Positions 22,159 through 31,386 of a stretch of 64,000 nt of DNA are shown piece after piece (the first letter of the stretch is position 1; every line of letters begins with the position of its first letter). A program made the translations under genes and the position numbers. Below the pieces are notes generated by a model. That model did not search any database. It worked only from the letters and a program-made list of their open reading frames with translations, and had not been told where the DNA came from. This stretch comes from Candidatus Latescibacterota bacterium (GTDB lineage Bacteria > Latescibacterota > UBA2968 > UBA8231), in NCBI GenBank assembly GCA_965200315.1, contig OZ241362.1:3392001-3456000 (forward strand). Direction: 5' to 3'.

Positions 22159-23141
22159 TTCTCGTCCATCACCGCTTGAATCATCGCTTGGATATAGCCG
22201 AACTCGTAAGCCCAAGCTTGGCGCATACTGTGGGGATCCTGGTGCCCAGGCGCGTGATCCGGGACGCACATGTGCTGGTAGCCCACTTCTTTGAGCGCCT
22301 GCATATTGCGGTGCATGTTCATCACCCCTTCGTCCGGCCAGACCTCTTGGAACTTGTTGCGCTTGCCGACGATGTTGCGAAAGTGGCAGAGAAAAATTTT
22401 GTTGCGCGAGCCTAGGTAGCGGATGATCTCGGGCACCTCGTTGAGCGGATCTTCGACGCTCTCGGCCATACAGCCCAAGCAGAGATTGACGCCGTGATAG
22501 GGGCTGGGGCAGATCTCTATAAACTGCTTGAAGCCGTCAAAGCCGCCCATCACGCGATCGACGCCCCTATAGCCGGGCGGCAGCCAAGGGTCGCAGGGAT
22601 GGCAGGCCATGCGAACCTTGCACTCGGTGGCGACCGGGATGACCCTTTCCAAGAAGTACGTGATGCGACGCCAGTTTTCCTCGGCGGTAACTGGTTTGTC
22701 GTAGCGCGGCGTATCGGCGTCGGCCTTTTCGAGGTCCCAAGTGCTGTAGATGGAGCCGCCGCGGCCGGGGGGCGTGCTTTCGGTGCGCTGGTTTTCGAGG
22801 GCGCAGAGATAGTATTTGATGGCTGGGATGCCGGCTTCGGCTGCCTGCCGCACCATGTTGATGACCAACTCGATTTCCTTATCCCCCTCTTCGTAGTTGC
22901 CCATCATGAAGTTGGGCACGGCCTCGCCGTTGACGTTGAACTGGGCCATGGGCAGGGCGACCATTTCCATGTTGATGCCGAAGCGAGCGCACTTCTCTTT
23001 CTTGGCGACCAACTCTTCGACGTCCCAGCCGCGTTCGCGGTGGAACGCGATGAAGTTTTCGTTCTTGTTGAAGACTCCGTGACGAGCCAGATATTCGAGG
23101 TCTTCGTCCTCTGTAGTGAACTGCTGGGTGCCGACGTGCAT
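22155..23141 (-). CDS. uxuA: mannonate dehydratase (UxuA) family protein
   Basis: YFLERVIPVA, MACHPCDP, HFRN, DEG, PDHAP. Confidence 0.82.
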   Translation of the reverse strand: MHVGTQQFTTEDEDLEYLARHGVFNKNENFIAFHRERGWDVEELVAKKEKCARFGINMEMVALPMAQFNVNGEAVPNFMMGNYEEGDKEIELVINMVRQAAEAGIPAIKYYLCALENQRTESTPPGRGGSIYSTWDLEKADADTPRYDKPVTAEENWRRITYFLERVIPVATECKVRMACHPCDPWLPPGYRGVDRVMGGFDGFKQFIEICPSPYHGVNLCLGCMAESVEDPLNEVPEIIRYLGSRNKIFLCHFRNIVGKRNKFQEVWPDEGVMNMHRNMQALKEVGYQHMCVPDHAPGHQDPHSMRQAWAYEFGYIQAMIQAVMDEN

Positions 23142-23311
23142 GAAGGGCTCCTTGGTGGGGTGAAGGGGCTGGGTCGGAACAGTACGCAAGCCGCGCTAGT
23201 TTGACAATCCTTCAGGCCGCTGGATACAGGAATCCGAGGGCGCAAGGCGCTGCCTGCGTGGATTGGCGATCGGGCGCTGCATTGGGCGCACTGCTGAGCA
23301 TGGGAACGCGC

Positions 23312-23890
23312 CTATCCCGCGCTGAGAATCTGACTGCGGCGGAAGCAGTCGAGTACGTGGTCGTTGACCATGCCGGTGGCCTGCATGTGGGCGTAGATAA
23401 CGATCGCGCCGATGAATTTGAAGCCGCGGCTTTTGAGGTCTTTGCTCAAGGCGTCGGATTCGCGACTGGTGGCTGGTAAATCGGCGCGGGTGCGAAACTC
23501 GTTGACTATAGGCTCGCCACCGACAAAGCGCCAGACATAGGCGCTGAAGCTGCCGAATTCGTCCTGCACGGCGAGGAAGTGCCGAGCGTTTTCTACGGCC
23601 GCGCCAATTTTGCGGCGATTGCGAATCAGCCCGGGGTCTTGGAGCATCTGTTCAACCTTGGCTGCGCTGAAACGAGCGACTTTGGCAGGGTCGAATTCGG
23701 CGAAGGCTTGGCGGTAGTTGGCACGCTTGCGGAGGACGGTGTACCAACTGAGGCCAGCTTGGGCGGATTCGAGGGTGAGAAACTCGAAGTGCTTGCGGTC
23801 GTCGTGGACTGGGACTCCCCACTCGCGGTCGTGGTACGCGACGTAATCGGGTTTGTCGAGGTCGAGCCACGGGCAGCGTTGGAGGGCCAT
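23312..23890 (-). CDS. tag: DNA-3-methyladenine glycosylase I
   Basis: RCPW, YHDREWGVP, LESAQAGLSW, GMVNDH...C. Confidence 0.97.
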   Translation of the reverse strand: MALQRCPWLDLDKPDYVAYHDREWGVPVHDDRKHFEFLTLESAQAGLSWYTVLRKRANYRQAFAEFDPAKVARFSAAKVEQMLQDPGLIRNRRKIGAAVENARHFLAVQDEFGSFSAYVWRFVGGEPIVNEFRTRADLPATSRESDALSKDLKSRGFKFIGAIVIYAHMQATGMVNDHVLDCFRRSQILSAG

Positions 23891-23891
23891 A

Positions 23892-26351
23892 TCAGCGTAC
23901 ATCGGCGGGAAAATCAAACGCGGCCTTGCACTCTGACCCGAGCTTCAATCGCGCGTCGAATTTGCCGCCCTTTTTGCTCTTAAAGCCCTTGATTACCCCG
24001 GTTTTGCCTTTGGCGATCAAGGTGTGGATTTGCTTTTCGGTCAGCTTCTTGCCCGCCATTTCCTTCCACACCACAAAGCCGCACCCTTCGCGATAGCGAT
24101 TGCAGCCAAAGCCGCGCTGGCCCTCGATAATTTGGCCCTGCTGGCACTTGGGACAGGTGAGGATGGCGGCGGATCGGGCGGTCTTTTCTGGCGTCCCCTT
24201 GTTAGCGGAGCCATTCTGCGGCCGCTCATCAAACTCAAAGACGACCTTGAACTCATCGTCGAATTTGAGCCGCGCCGCAAACTTCTTGCCGGTCTTGGCA
24301 ACAAAGCCCTGCATCTTTTCGGTGCGGCCGTTGGCCATCAATAACTGCGCCTGCTTTTCGGTCAGCTTCTTGCGCGCCACTGTCTTCCAGATAGTCAAGT
24401 TGCATCCCTCTCGGTAGCGGCTGCATCCGTACGCCTTGGCGTTTTCTACTACTTGCCCCTCTTTGCACTTGGGACAAGGGCCCAACACCTTGCCGTGGCC
24501 CTTACCCCGGCCCCTCTTCTTGCCTTGTGCCTGCGCCGCTTGTTCGGGGGATAGCGCTGGCCCTTGCTGGACCTCGGGCACCAGCGTCTTCACCAAGTCG
24601 GCGATCCCTTCGTAGAAACTCGCTACCGGCCGCTGCCCCTCCTCGATTTCCTTGAGTTGTTGCTCCCACTCGGCCGTCAACTCCGGGCTGCGCAGCGGTT
24701 CGGCCACCAAGCCCACGAGTGCTTTGCCCTTCTCAGTCGAGGTGATCGCCTTGCGGTCGCGGACTACATAGCCGGTGCGAATCAGCTTTTCGATGGTCTC
24801 GGCTCGCGTGGCTGGCGTGCCCAGCCCCGATTCCTTCATGGCCGCAGCCAACTCGTCGTCTTCGATTTCGCGGCCGGCGTTCTTCATGGCCGTTAGGAGC
24901 GTGGCGTCTGTGTAGGGTCGCGGCGGCTGGGTTTCCTTTTCGACCACATCCATGCTCGTTACGCGAACTTGCTGACCTTGTTGCAGCGGCGGGAGCGCCT
25001 GTCGCTGGTCATCGTCCTTCTCTTGGCTCTTTGCAGCGTTTGGAGGTCGCATGGCGACGACCGTCCAGCCCGCCTCTAAGACGACAGACCCTTTGGCCAC
25101 AAAGTCGGCCCCGCCGATGTCGAGCAAGACGGTCGTCTCTTCGACCTGCTGGTCGGGCAGGAAGACGCCGACAAAGCGCGCCACTATTAGGTCGTACACC
25201 TTCTGTAGGTCTGGTGCGAGATTGGGGGCGGGCTGTTGCCCGGTGGGAATAATGGCGTGGTGATCGGTGAGCTTGGTGCGATCGACATACGCTCTGCTGA
25301 GCCGGTGCCCGCCGCGCAGGCGCGCCAGCGCCACCGCGGCCTGTGGGTGCGCTAGCTTTTCCAAGATGCCGGGCAACTTGGGCACCATGTCTTCGGAGAT
25401 GTGGCGGCTCTCGGTGCGCGGGTACGTGATGAGCTTGTGGGTTTCGTACAGAGATTGGGCGCGTTCGAGGGTTTGCGCCGCAGTGAAGCCAAAGTAGCGG
25501 TTGGCGTCGCGCTGGAGATTGTTGAGGTCGTAGAGGGGGGGAGGCCGGTTTCTTTTGACTTTCTGCTCAATTTTGCGGACGGTGCCGACCTTGTTGGGGC
25601 TGAGCTGGCGATGCAGGTGCTCGGCCTCCTCCTTCTTGTCGATGCGCGTCTGGCCGTCCTTGCAGTACTTGGCGGCAAAGCCCTCTGCTAGCTGTGCCAC
25701 CAACTCGTAGAAGTACGCCTTTACAAAGCTGGCAATCGCCGCATCGCGCTTGACGATCATCGCCAAGGTTGGCGTCTGCACGCGGCCGATGGTGCAAAGC
25801 GCCTTGTTGTGGACAGTGTAGGCGCGGGTCAGGTTCATGCCCATCAGCCAGTCGGCTTGGCCGCGCACCCGCGCAGCTGCCGCGAGGTGATCGAAGGCCG
25901 CTCCTTCCTGCAGGGCGCGGAAGCCGCTCTGAATCGCCTCGTCGGTCAGGCTCGAAACCCACAGCCTGCTAACCGGCTTTTTGCCGCGGGCGTGCTCGTA
26001 GATCAGGCGAAAGATGTGTTCGCCCTCGCGCCCGGCATCTGTGGCGCAGATAACGCGCTCTGTCTGGGCGCTGTTGAGCAGTTTTTTGACGATTTGGTAC
26101 TGGTCGGAGGTCGAGCGCGCTGTCTTGAGCTTCCACTGCTCGGGGATCATCGGTAGCTGGGCAAAGGACCAGCGGCTGTTCCAAGGTGGGCCGTAATCGT
26201 CTGGCTCGGCAAATTGCACGAGATGCCCTAGTGCCCAAGTGACGATATAGCCGTTGCCCTCGACGTAGCCTTGGCCGCGTTTGTTGGCCCCTAAGACGCG
26301 GGCAATGTCGCGCGCCACACTGGGCTTTTCGGTGAGGACGACGGTGGCCAT
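23892..26351 (-). CDS. topB: DNA topoisomerase III with C-terminal Zn-ribbon repeats
   Basis: EKPSVA, ATDAGREGE, GRVQTPT, ITYPRT, GLGTPATRA; two CPKC...GC repeats. Confidence 0.95.
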   Translation of the reverse strand: MATVVLTEKPSVARDIARVLGANKRGQGYVEGNGYIVTWALGHLVQFAEPDDYGPPWNSRWSFAQLPMIPEQWKLKTARSTSDQYQIVKKLLNSAQTERVICATDAGREGEHIFRLIYEHARGKKPVSRLWVSSLTDEAIQSGFRALQEGAAFDHLAAAARVRGQADWLMGMNLTRAYTVHNKALCTIGRVQTPTLAMIVKRDAAIASFVKAYFYELVAQLAEGFAAKYCKDGQTRIDKKEEAEHLHRQLSPNKVGTVRKIEQKVKRNRPPPLYDLNNLQRDANRYFGFTAAQTLERAQSLYETHKLITYPRTESRHISEDMVPKLPGILEKLAHPQAAVALARLRGGHRLSRAYVDRTKLTDHHAIIPTGQQPAPNLAPDLQKVYDLIVARFVGVFLPDQQVEETTVLLDIGGADFVAKGSVVLEAGWTVVAMRPPNAAKSQEKDDDQRQALPPLQQGQQVRVTSMDVVEKETQPPRPYTDATLLTAMKNAGREIEDDELAAAMKESGLGTPATRAETIEKLIRTGYVVRDRKAITSTEKGKALVGLVAEPLRSPELTAEWEQQLKEIEEGQRPVASFYEGIADLVKTLVPEVQQGPALSPEQAAQAQGKKRGRGKGHGKVLGPCPKCKEGQVVENAKAYGCSRYREGCNLTIWKTVARKKLTEKQAQLLMANGRTEKMQGFVAKTGKKFAARLKFDDEFKVVFEFDERPQNGSANKGTPEKTARSAAILTCPKCQQGQIIEGQRGFGCNRYREGCGFVVWKEMAGKKLTEKQIHTLIAKGKTGVIKGFKSKKGGKFDARLKLGSECKAAFDFPADVR

Positions 26352-26371
26352 GAATGTATGCTACTAATCGA

Positions 26372-26629
26372 CTAGCTCCGGCGCAATTCCGCGTAGCTTT
26401 TTTCCATCCCGTCGCCCGGCCCGGACGAGAGGCTGTTGTAGAAAGGTGCCGCGTAGATCGCCTCGACCGCGAGTTGGTCGGGCGAGAGCAGCGCCTGGAC
26501 CACTGCGAACTGATCGTCGATCTCGTTGTACGTATCGGTGTCGAGCACCATCCGCACCTTTTCTGTCGGCGGCGTTAAGCGCTTTAGGCGCGGGGCTTCG
26601 TCGAGTTTGGGAAAATCCATAATAACCAT
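26372..26629 (-). pseudogene. nucleoside hydrolase N-terminal remnant
   Basis: VLDTDTYNEIDDQFA (DxDxxxxxDD) with a strong RBS, but the ORF stops after about 85 aa. Confidence 0.8.
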
Positions 26630-26719
26630 TGCGACGCTCCTCCTTTCAGCTATTGGCAAGCGGACCATATTGCTATATTCAAGCGCAAATTGAATTCTTC
26701 AACCACGGAGGAAATCATA

Positions 26720-27691
26720 ATGCCATGCTTGACAGACGAACAACGCGCACACTTTGACGAAGAAGGCTACCTACTAGTGAGGGGGGTGCTCGATGTGAAC
26801 GAGGTCATCCAGCCCATTATCGACGAATACCACGGCGTCCTCGACAAGCTCGCTCGCGAACTCTACCAAGCCGGCCAGCTCCCATCCACATACGACGACT
26901 TACCCTTTGGCAAGCGCCTGACGCAAATCGTCGTCGAGAGCGGCCAGATTCACGCCCAGTACTTCGACTTCTCCCTGCCCCAGACGGGCATCGCAGCCGA
27001 CACCCCCTTCTGGGCCGGGCCAGCCGTCTTTCGCTGCATTACCAACCCCGATCTCCTCGACGCGGTCGAGTCCATCGTCGGCCCCGAGATCTGGTCCAAC
27101 CCCGTCCAGCACGTGCGCCTCAAGCCGCCCGAGCGCCTAGTACCCAAAAACCACAACGGCCAAGCGCTAGTCAGCGCCACCAACTGGCACCAAGACAACG
27201 GCGTGGTTCTGCCCGAAGCCGACGACTCGGAGGTCCTGACGGTGTGGTTTCCGCTCAATGAGGCGACGCTCGAAAACGGCTGTCTGCAAATTATGCCCCG
27301 CAGCCATCGGCGAGGGCTACAAACGCACTGTCCGGGCGGGCCGGGGGGGCTGTGGATACCTGAGCTGTTTATGGACATGGACGCGGCGCTGCCGGTGCCC
27401 ATGCAGCCCGGCGATGTGCTCTTCCTCACTCAACACACCATCCACGGTTCGCTGACCAACGCCAGCGACGACGTACGCTGGAGCTTTGACTTGCGCTACA
27501 ATCCGATCGGCCAGCCCACGGGCCGCGACCTCTTCCCCGGCTTTGTCGCCCGCAGCAGAGCTAACCGAGAAAGCGTCCTGCGCGATCCAGTGGCGTGGGA
27601 AAAGCTCTGGCGCGACACCCGCGACCGGCTAGCGCAAGAGGCGCACACTCCCTTCAACCGCTGGAGTGCCGACGCGGCCGTCTGTGCCTAA
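26720..27691 (+). CDS. PhyH family dioxygenase
   Basis: FDEEGYL, WHQD, NGCLQIMPRSH, IHGS, RWSFDLRY. Confidence 0.9.
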   Translation: MPCLTDEQRAHFDEEGYLLVRGVLDVNEVIQPIIDEYHGVLDKLARELYQAGQLPSTYDDLPFGKRLTQIVVESGQIHAQYFDFSLPQTGIAADTPFWAGPAVFRCITNPDLLDAVESIVGPEIWSNPVQHVRLKPPERLVPKNHNGQALVSATNWHQDNGVVLPEADDSEVLTVWFPLNEATLENGCLQIMPRSHRRGLQTHCPGGPGGLWIPELFMDMDAALPVPMQPGDVLFLTQHTIHGSLTNASDDVRWSFDLRYNPIGQPTGRDLFPGFVARSRANRESVLRDPVAWEKLWRDTRDRLAQEAHTPFNRWSADAAVCA

Positions 27692-27894
27692 AAGTTGGCG
27701 AGGAGGCAATGCTCGGGATCGAACTTCCAGAATCTCAACCACTGTTTTTGGGGACGTAGAGTCTGGCTTTTGATTCAGGGACGAATAAACCGATTGCTTC
27801 GCGAAACATGTATTACTCCCTTGTTTTATCCGACCAACTCGGCCGACGTGCAATGGCAATTCCCCCGTCGGCGGATCGCCCGATTCGGGAAGAG

Positions 27895-29232
27895 TCAAGG
27901 CCCTCGAATTCGTCGGATCCACAGGCGAATTTGCGCCGGGGTGGGCCAGCGAACATGCTCGGGAAGCGCGGTGAGTCGCTCCTCTACTTGTGCGGCGGAT
28001 AAGGTGGCCAAATCCGCCAGCGAACGAATGCCGGCTTTGGTCAGCAAATTGCCGTATTCCACCCCAATGCCTTGGTGCAGGTATAGTTCGATGAGATCAC
28101 GGGTGGCTCGCGTACGTTCGCGGCCCAATCCCCCTTCCATTTGCCGCCAAATTTCCGCCGACCTTCCAGCTTCCAAATCTGTCAGATAGACGATGCCCTC
28201 GTCCTGCAAAAAAGAGCGGGCAGCCGAATCCAGACTATCAACTTTGGTCAAGCGCGGCTTCACCGAGCCAACGTTCAAGTAGATGTAGTGGTTGACCGTC
28301 AGGGCGAAAGCCGTGGCCAAAAGGACGATGACGAACGCATTCCAGACCTTGGTCGGCGCGGGCCGCTGGTCCCGGTGTGCTCCCAATGGCGGCGCCAACC
28401 TGTACCAGACCAACAGACGATAGACCAGAGCGCATTCTACGGCAAAGGGAGGGAAGCCCAAAAAGCCGGCCAGCGGCATTTCAAAGAGTTTCAATTCTTC
28501 AAAAAAGGGCACTGTGTAGATCCACTTAACTTGGGCCCAGTAGTTGAAGAATTCCCACAGGCCACCGGCGATGAATCCGGCCAGCAACTGGCGGGTCAGC
28601 AGAGCGTAGTCGCCGCGTGCCAATTGATGCAGCAAGCTGTCGGGCAGGCGGCGGTATTCGACAGGGGCTAGGAGCAGGATAAAGGCGAGCCAAGTGAGCG
28701 GGAAAAAGAAGCGCGGCCACACAAGGACTAGTGCTAGCCCAATCAGGCCGGCTATTTGCAGGAGGGTTAGACGACGGGGAGTTAGGGGCCAACGACGGCC
28801 CTGCCAACCGGCAGCCACGCCGCGCAGACCCAAGTAGTACTCCAACCACAGCAGGCCGGGGAAAACAGTGGCAAAGGAGAAGACGGCGTTTAGCGTCTGC
28901 CAGACAGGGTGGTCGAGGACGAAGATATAATACCAGTTTTGCAAGCGGAAATTGATCAACTCAAAGGCGTACCACCCCACCGCGGACCAAAAAAGAATCA
29001 GCAAAGAAGCCGGGCCGCAGCGGGCGATAAGCGAGCGTCCTTCTCGCCACTCAATGAGTCGGTCTAGGGTCCAAATGATGCCGTACCAAGCGCAGAGATA
29101 AAACAAGGTGGTCACAGGTTCTACCCGGCGCAGCATAAGGACGAAGGAAATCCCTATAGATAGGGGCCCTAATAGAAGCAGTAGCGCGGACTGGAAACGG
29201 CGCGGGTCCAGCGGCGCGGAACAGATGGTCAT
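27895..29232 (-). CDS. integral membrane protein with a C-terminal HhH/DUF4332-like domain
   Basis: Many TM helices, FELINFRLQNWYY, LWEFFNYW, EMPLAGFLGFPPF; tail GIGVEYGNLLTKAGIRSL. Confidence 0.7.
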   Translation of the reverse strand: MTICSAPLDPRRFQSALLLLLGPLSIGISFVLMLRRVEPVTTLFYLCAWYGIIWTLDRLIEWREGRSLIARCGPASLLILFWSAVGWYAFELINFRLQNWYYIFVLDHPVWQTLNAVFSFATVFPGLLWLEYYLGLRGVAAGWQGRRWPLTPRRLTLLQIAGLIGLALVLVWPRFFFPLTWLAFILLLAPVEYRRLPDSLLHQLARGDYALLTRQLLAGFIAGGLWEFFNYWAQVKWIYTVPFFEELKLFEMPLAGFLGFPPFAVECALVYRLLVWYRLAPPLGAHRDQRPAPTKVWNAFVIVLLATAFALTVNHYIYLNVGSVKPRLTKVDSLDSAARSFLQDEGIVYLTDLEAGRSAEIWRQMEGGLGRERTRATRDLIELYLHQGIGVEYGNLLTKAGIRSLADLATLSAAQVEERLTALPEHVRWPTPAQIRLWIRRIRGP

Positions 29233-30140
29233 TGAGAAGGGTCGAGTTCCAAGACCGCGGCCAAGCTGTCGCCTTGGTGGACGCGGTTGAAGACCCGCAG
29301 ACACAGGATCAAGCCCGCTTGGGTCGATACCACTTCCTCTCGTCGCTGCCCCAGATGATCGACCACCGTGCCGATTACATCGCCCGGTTGCACGGGTGCT
29401 TTCAATGTTACTTGAGGCTCAAAATAACCGGCAAAGGGCGCTGGGTAATTGAGCTGTACGTGCCCGGAGTTGTCGCGGTCGTCTTCTACTGTGTACTCGA
29501 TGCTCAGGGGCGGCAGGGTGCGGTCGATCATGTCCAGTTCGGCCAATACGTTCAAACAGCCCTCGAAATAAGCCTCCGCGCCTTGGGGGTCGCACGTGCC
29601 GCCGCCCATCCACTCGGCGTAGATGGCTGGTACGTTGGCGTCGCGGGCCACCGAGAGCATGCGTCCGTCGAGCCGGGCCGAAGTGCCCCAGATGATGGGC
29701 ATATTCAGTGCGCGGGCCATGCGCCGTTGCACGTTGAGGACGGCTTTATCGGGATGCAGAGTGTACCCCACGGTAGGGTAGAATTCCATGACTATCCCGC
29801 CGCTGTGCAGGTCGATCAGATAGTCGGCCCGGCGGATTTCCTCACTGACGGCGTGGGCCGTGCGCTCGGTGATCGAGCCGTCGGGCCGGCCCGGGCAGGT
29901 GCGGGCCAAGTCCAGTTCGTCTTCGGCCGTGCGCTGGCCGCGCCAATAAGCGGCTTCGTTGACTACCGGGATGGCGGTGAGGCGGCCGCGCAAAGCCGCT
30001 GGATCGAGGTGGTCCAGCAGGCGGCGGATGGCCGCCATAGATTCAAACTCGTCGCCGTGGACGCCGCCTAGGATCAGGAGGTTGGGACCTTTTTGGGTGC
30101 CTTCTATTACTTGTCGTGGCAGGGTGATTGTCGGAGCCAT
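29229..30140 (-). CDS. succinylglutamate desuccinylase/aspartoacylase (M14) family
   Basis: GGVHGDE, DLAR, IDLHSGG. Confidence 0.88.
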   Translation of the reverse strand: MAPTITLPRQVIEGTQKGPNLLILGGVHGDEFESMAAIRRLLDHLDPAALRGRLTAIPVVNEAAYWRGQRTAEDELDLARTCPGRPDGSITERTAHAVSEEIRRADYLIDLHSGGIVMEFYPTVGYTLHPDKAVLNVQRRMARALNMPIIWGTSARLDGRMLSVARDANVPAIYAEWMGGGTCDPQGAEAYFEGCLNVLAELDMIDRTLPPLSIEYTVEDDRDNSGHVQLNYPAPFAGYFEPQVTLKAPVQPGDVIGTVVDHLGQRREEVVSTQAGLILCLRVFNRVHQGDSLAAVLELDPSQ

Positions 30141-30256
30141 AGGGCAATCCTACATCATGTACAAGTTGATCCGCAGATGGACGCAGATAGACTCAGAATA
30201 GTATTCACAGGACGATCCGCCGCTCGAATCGTTCAAATCATTCCGCACTGCTATAG
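30140..30256 (+). repeat. ~120 bp dispersed MITE-like element, copy 2
   Basis: Homologous to 7209-7329 in the opposite orientation; ends in CTATAG. Confidence 0.75.
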
Positions 30257-30274
30257 TTGGCTGTCTCTCAACTG

Positions 30275-31228
30275 TCATCTCGGTCGGTAGGGGCTAGTAT
30301 CAATGCCGGGTAGGGTATGCTCCAAAAGGTCTAGGGTTTGGCTCGTGAAGTACGGGTGTCCGGGTTCGGGCCAGCCGAATAGGCCGCGCACTCGGGGTGT
30401 GGTGGCCGTGAAAAACGGCAGCATGTGTTCGCGTTCTCCGTAGATGAAGGGATTGGCGAACCGGGTCCAGCGATCGTTGTCGCGGCGGCATAAAGACAAA
30501 GTCCAAAAGGCGCGTTGCGTGCGCTTGTTGGCGAAGGGTTGCGCCGCGTGGACTAGGTACGACGAGTAGAAGAGGGCCGCGCCACGCCGGCCAGTGGAGG
30601 GGAGCGGAGCGGCTAGTTCGGTGGCTTGGCGCAGGTCTTTGAAGGACCCACCCGCGGCGTTGTCTTGGGCAAGCGCTCGCACAAAAGCGGGACCAGCTAC
30701 TTTGTGCGAGCCGGGGATGACCAGCATGGGGGCACCGTCGTTCTCGACATCGTGCAGATACACCCCCGAATTGACGTAGTCGAAACGGCCTGTTTGGTCG
30801 TAGGGCGGCAGTAGGCAATTGGTGTAGTGGTCAATATGGTAGCCCTCCCAAGGGTTGTCGGGATGACGCCTGTCGGTAGGCCCCGAGCGCATAAAGAGGT
30901 GGGCATTGCAGTAGCTGGCTTTTGCCCCCAAGCATTGTTCAAAAATGTCGAGGTAGGTCTCGTTTTCTATCAGCCGATCCAGAGCTTTTGCGCCCACTGG
31001 AAATTGCGAGCGGCCCTCGGAGTGATCGTGCGTGGTGGTGAAGCCGTCCGAGACCCCAGAGGCGTCGCCGCGGTCGCAATCGGCCAGCCATTGCTCGAAG
31101 GATTGGCCGTAGAAAATCCGTTCCATCGCTGCTAGGGCGGCATCCATCTCATCGGCAGTGAACAGGTCGGGGACGATGATATAGCCGTCGCGGTGGAATT
31201 GGTCGAGTTGGGCTGGTGTTAGGCTCAT
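30275..31228 (-). CDS. PhyH family dioxygenase
   Basis: FHRDGYI, YHID, VIPGSH, LVHAA. Confidence 0.88.
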   Translation of the reverse strand: MSLTPAQLDQFHRDGYIIVPDLFTADEMDAALAAMERIFYGQSFEQWLADCDRGDASGVSDGFTTTHDHSEGRSQFPVGAKALDRLIENETYLDIFEQCLGAKASYCNAHLFMRSGPTDRRHPDNPWEGYHIDHYTNCLLPPYDQTGRFDYVNSGVYLHDVENDGAPMLVIPGSHKVAGPAFVRALAQDNAAGGSFKDLRQATELAAPLPSTGRRGAALFYSSYLVHAAQPFANKRTQRAFWTLSLCRRDNDRWTRFANPFIYGEREHMLPFFTATTPRVRGLFGWPEPGHPYFTSQTLDLLEHTLPGIDTSPYRPR

Positions 31229-31340
31229 AAGGTCTCGATATAGTATAGGTTGAGGTTGGTTTTCAGGCGGTTGGTGGTAAGATACCGCACTCGACTAGCG
31301 AGTCAACTAAAGGAGGAAGCGAGCTTTTCCCCTTCGCCTT

Positions 31341-31368
31341 TGAACCTGTATTTTCCGGGCGGCGTCTT
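31341..31368 (+). promoter_or_regulatory. putative ECF sigma promoter
   Basis: TGAACC-N16-CGTC(TT), about 20 bp upstream of the ATG at 31387. Confidence 0.6.
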
Positions 31369-31386
31369 TATTTGCAGAGAGCCTCA

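Noticed and set aside
27689-27790. Small RBS-led minus ORF MFREAIGLFVPESKARLYVPK with a possible A-run frameshift
   Set aside because: Too short to support without homologues.
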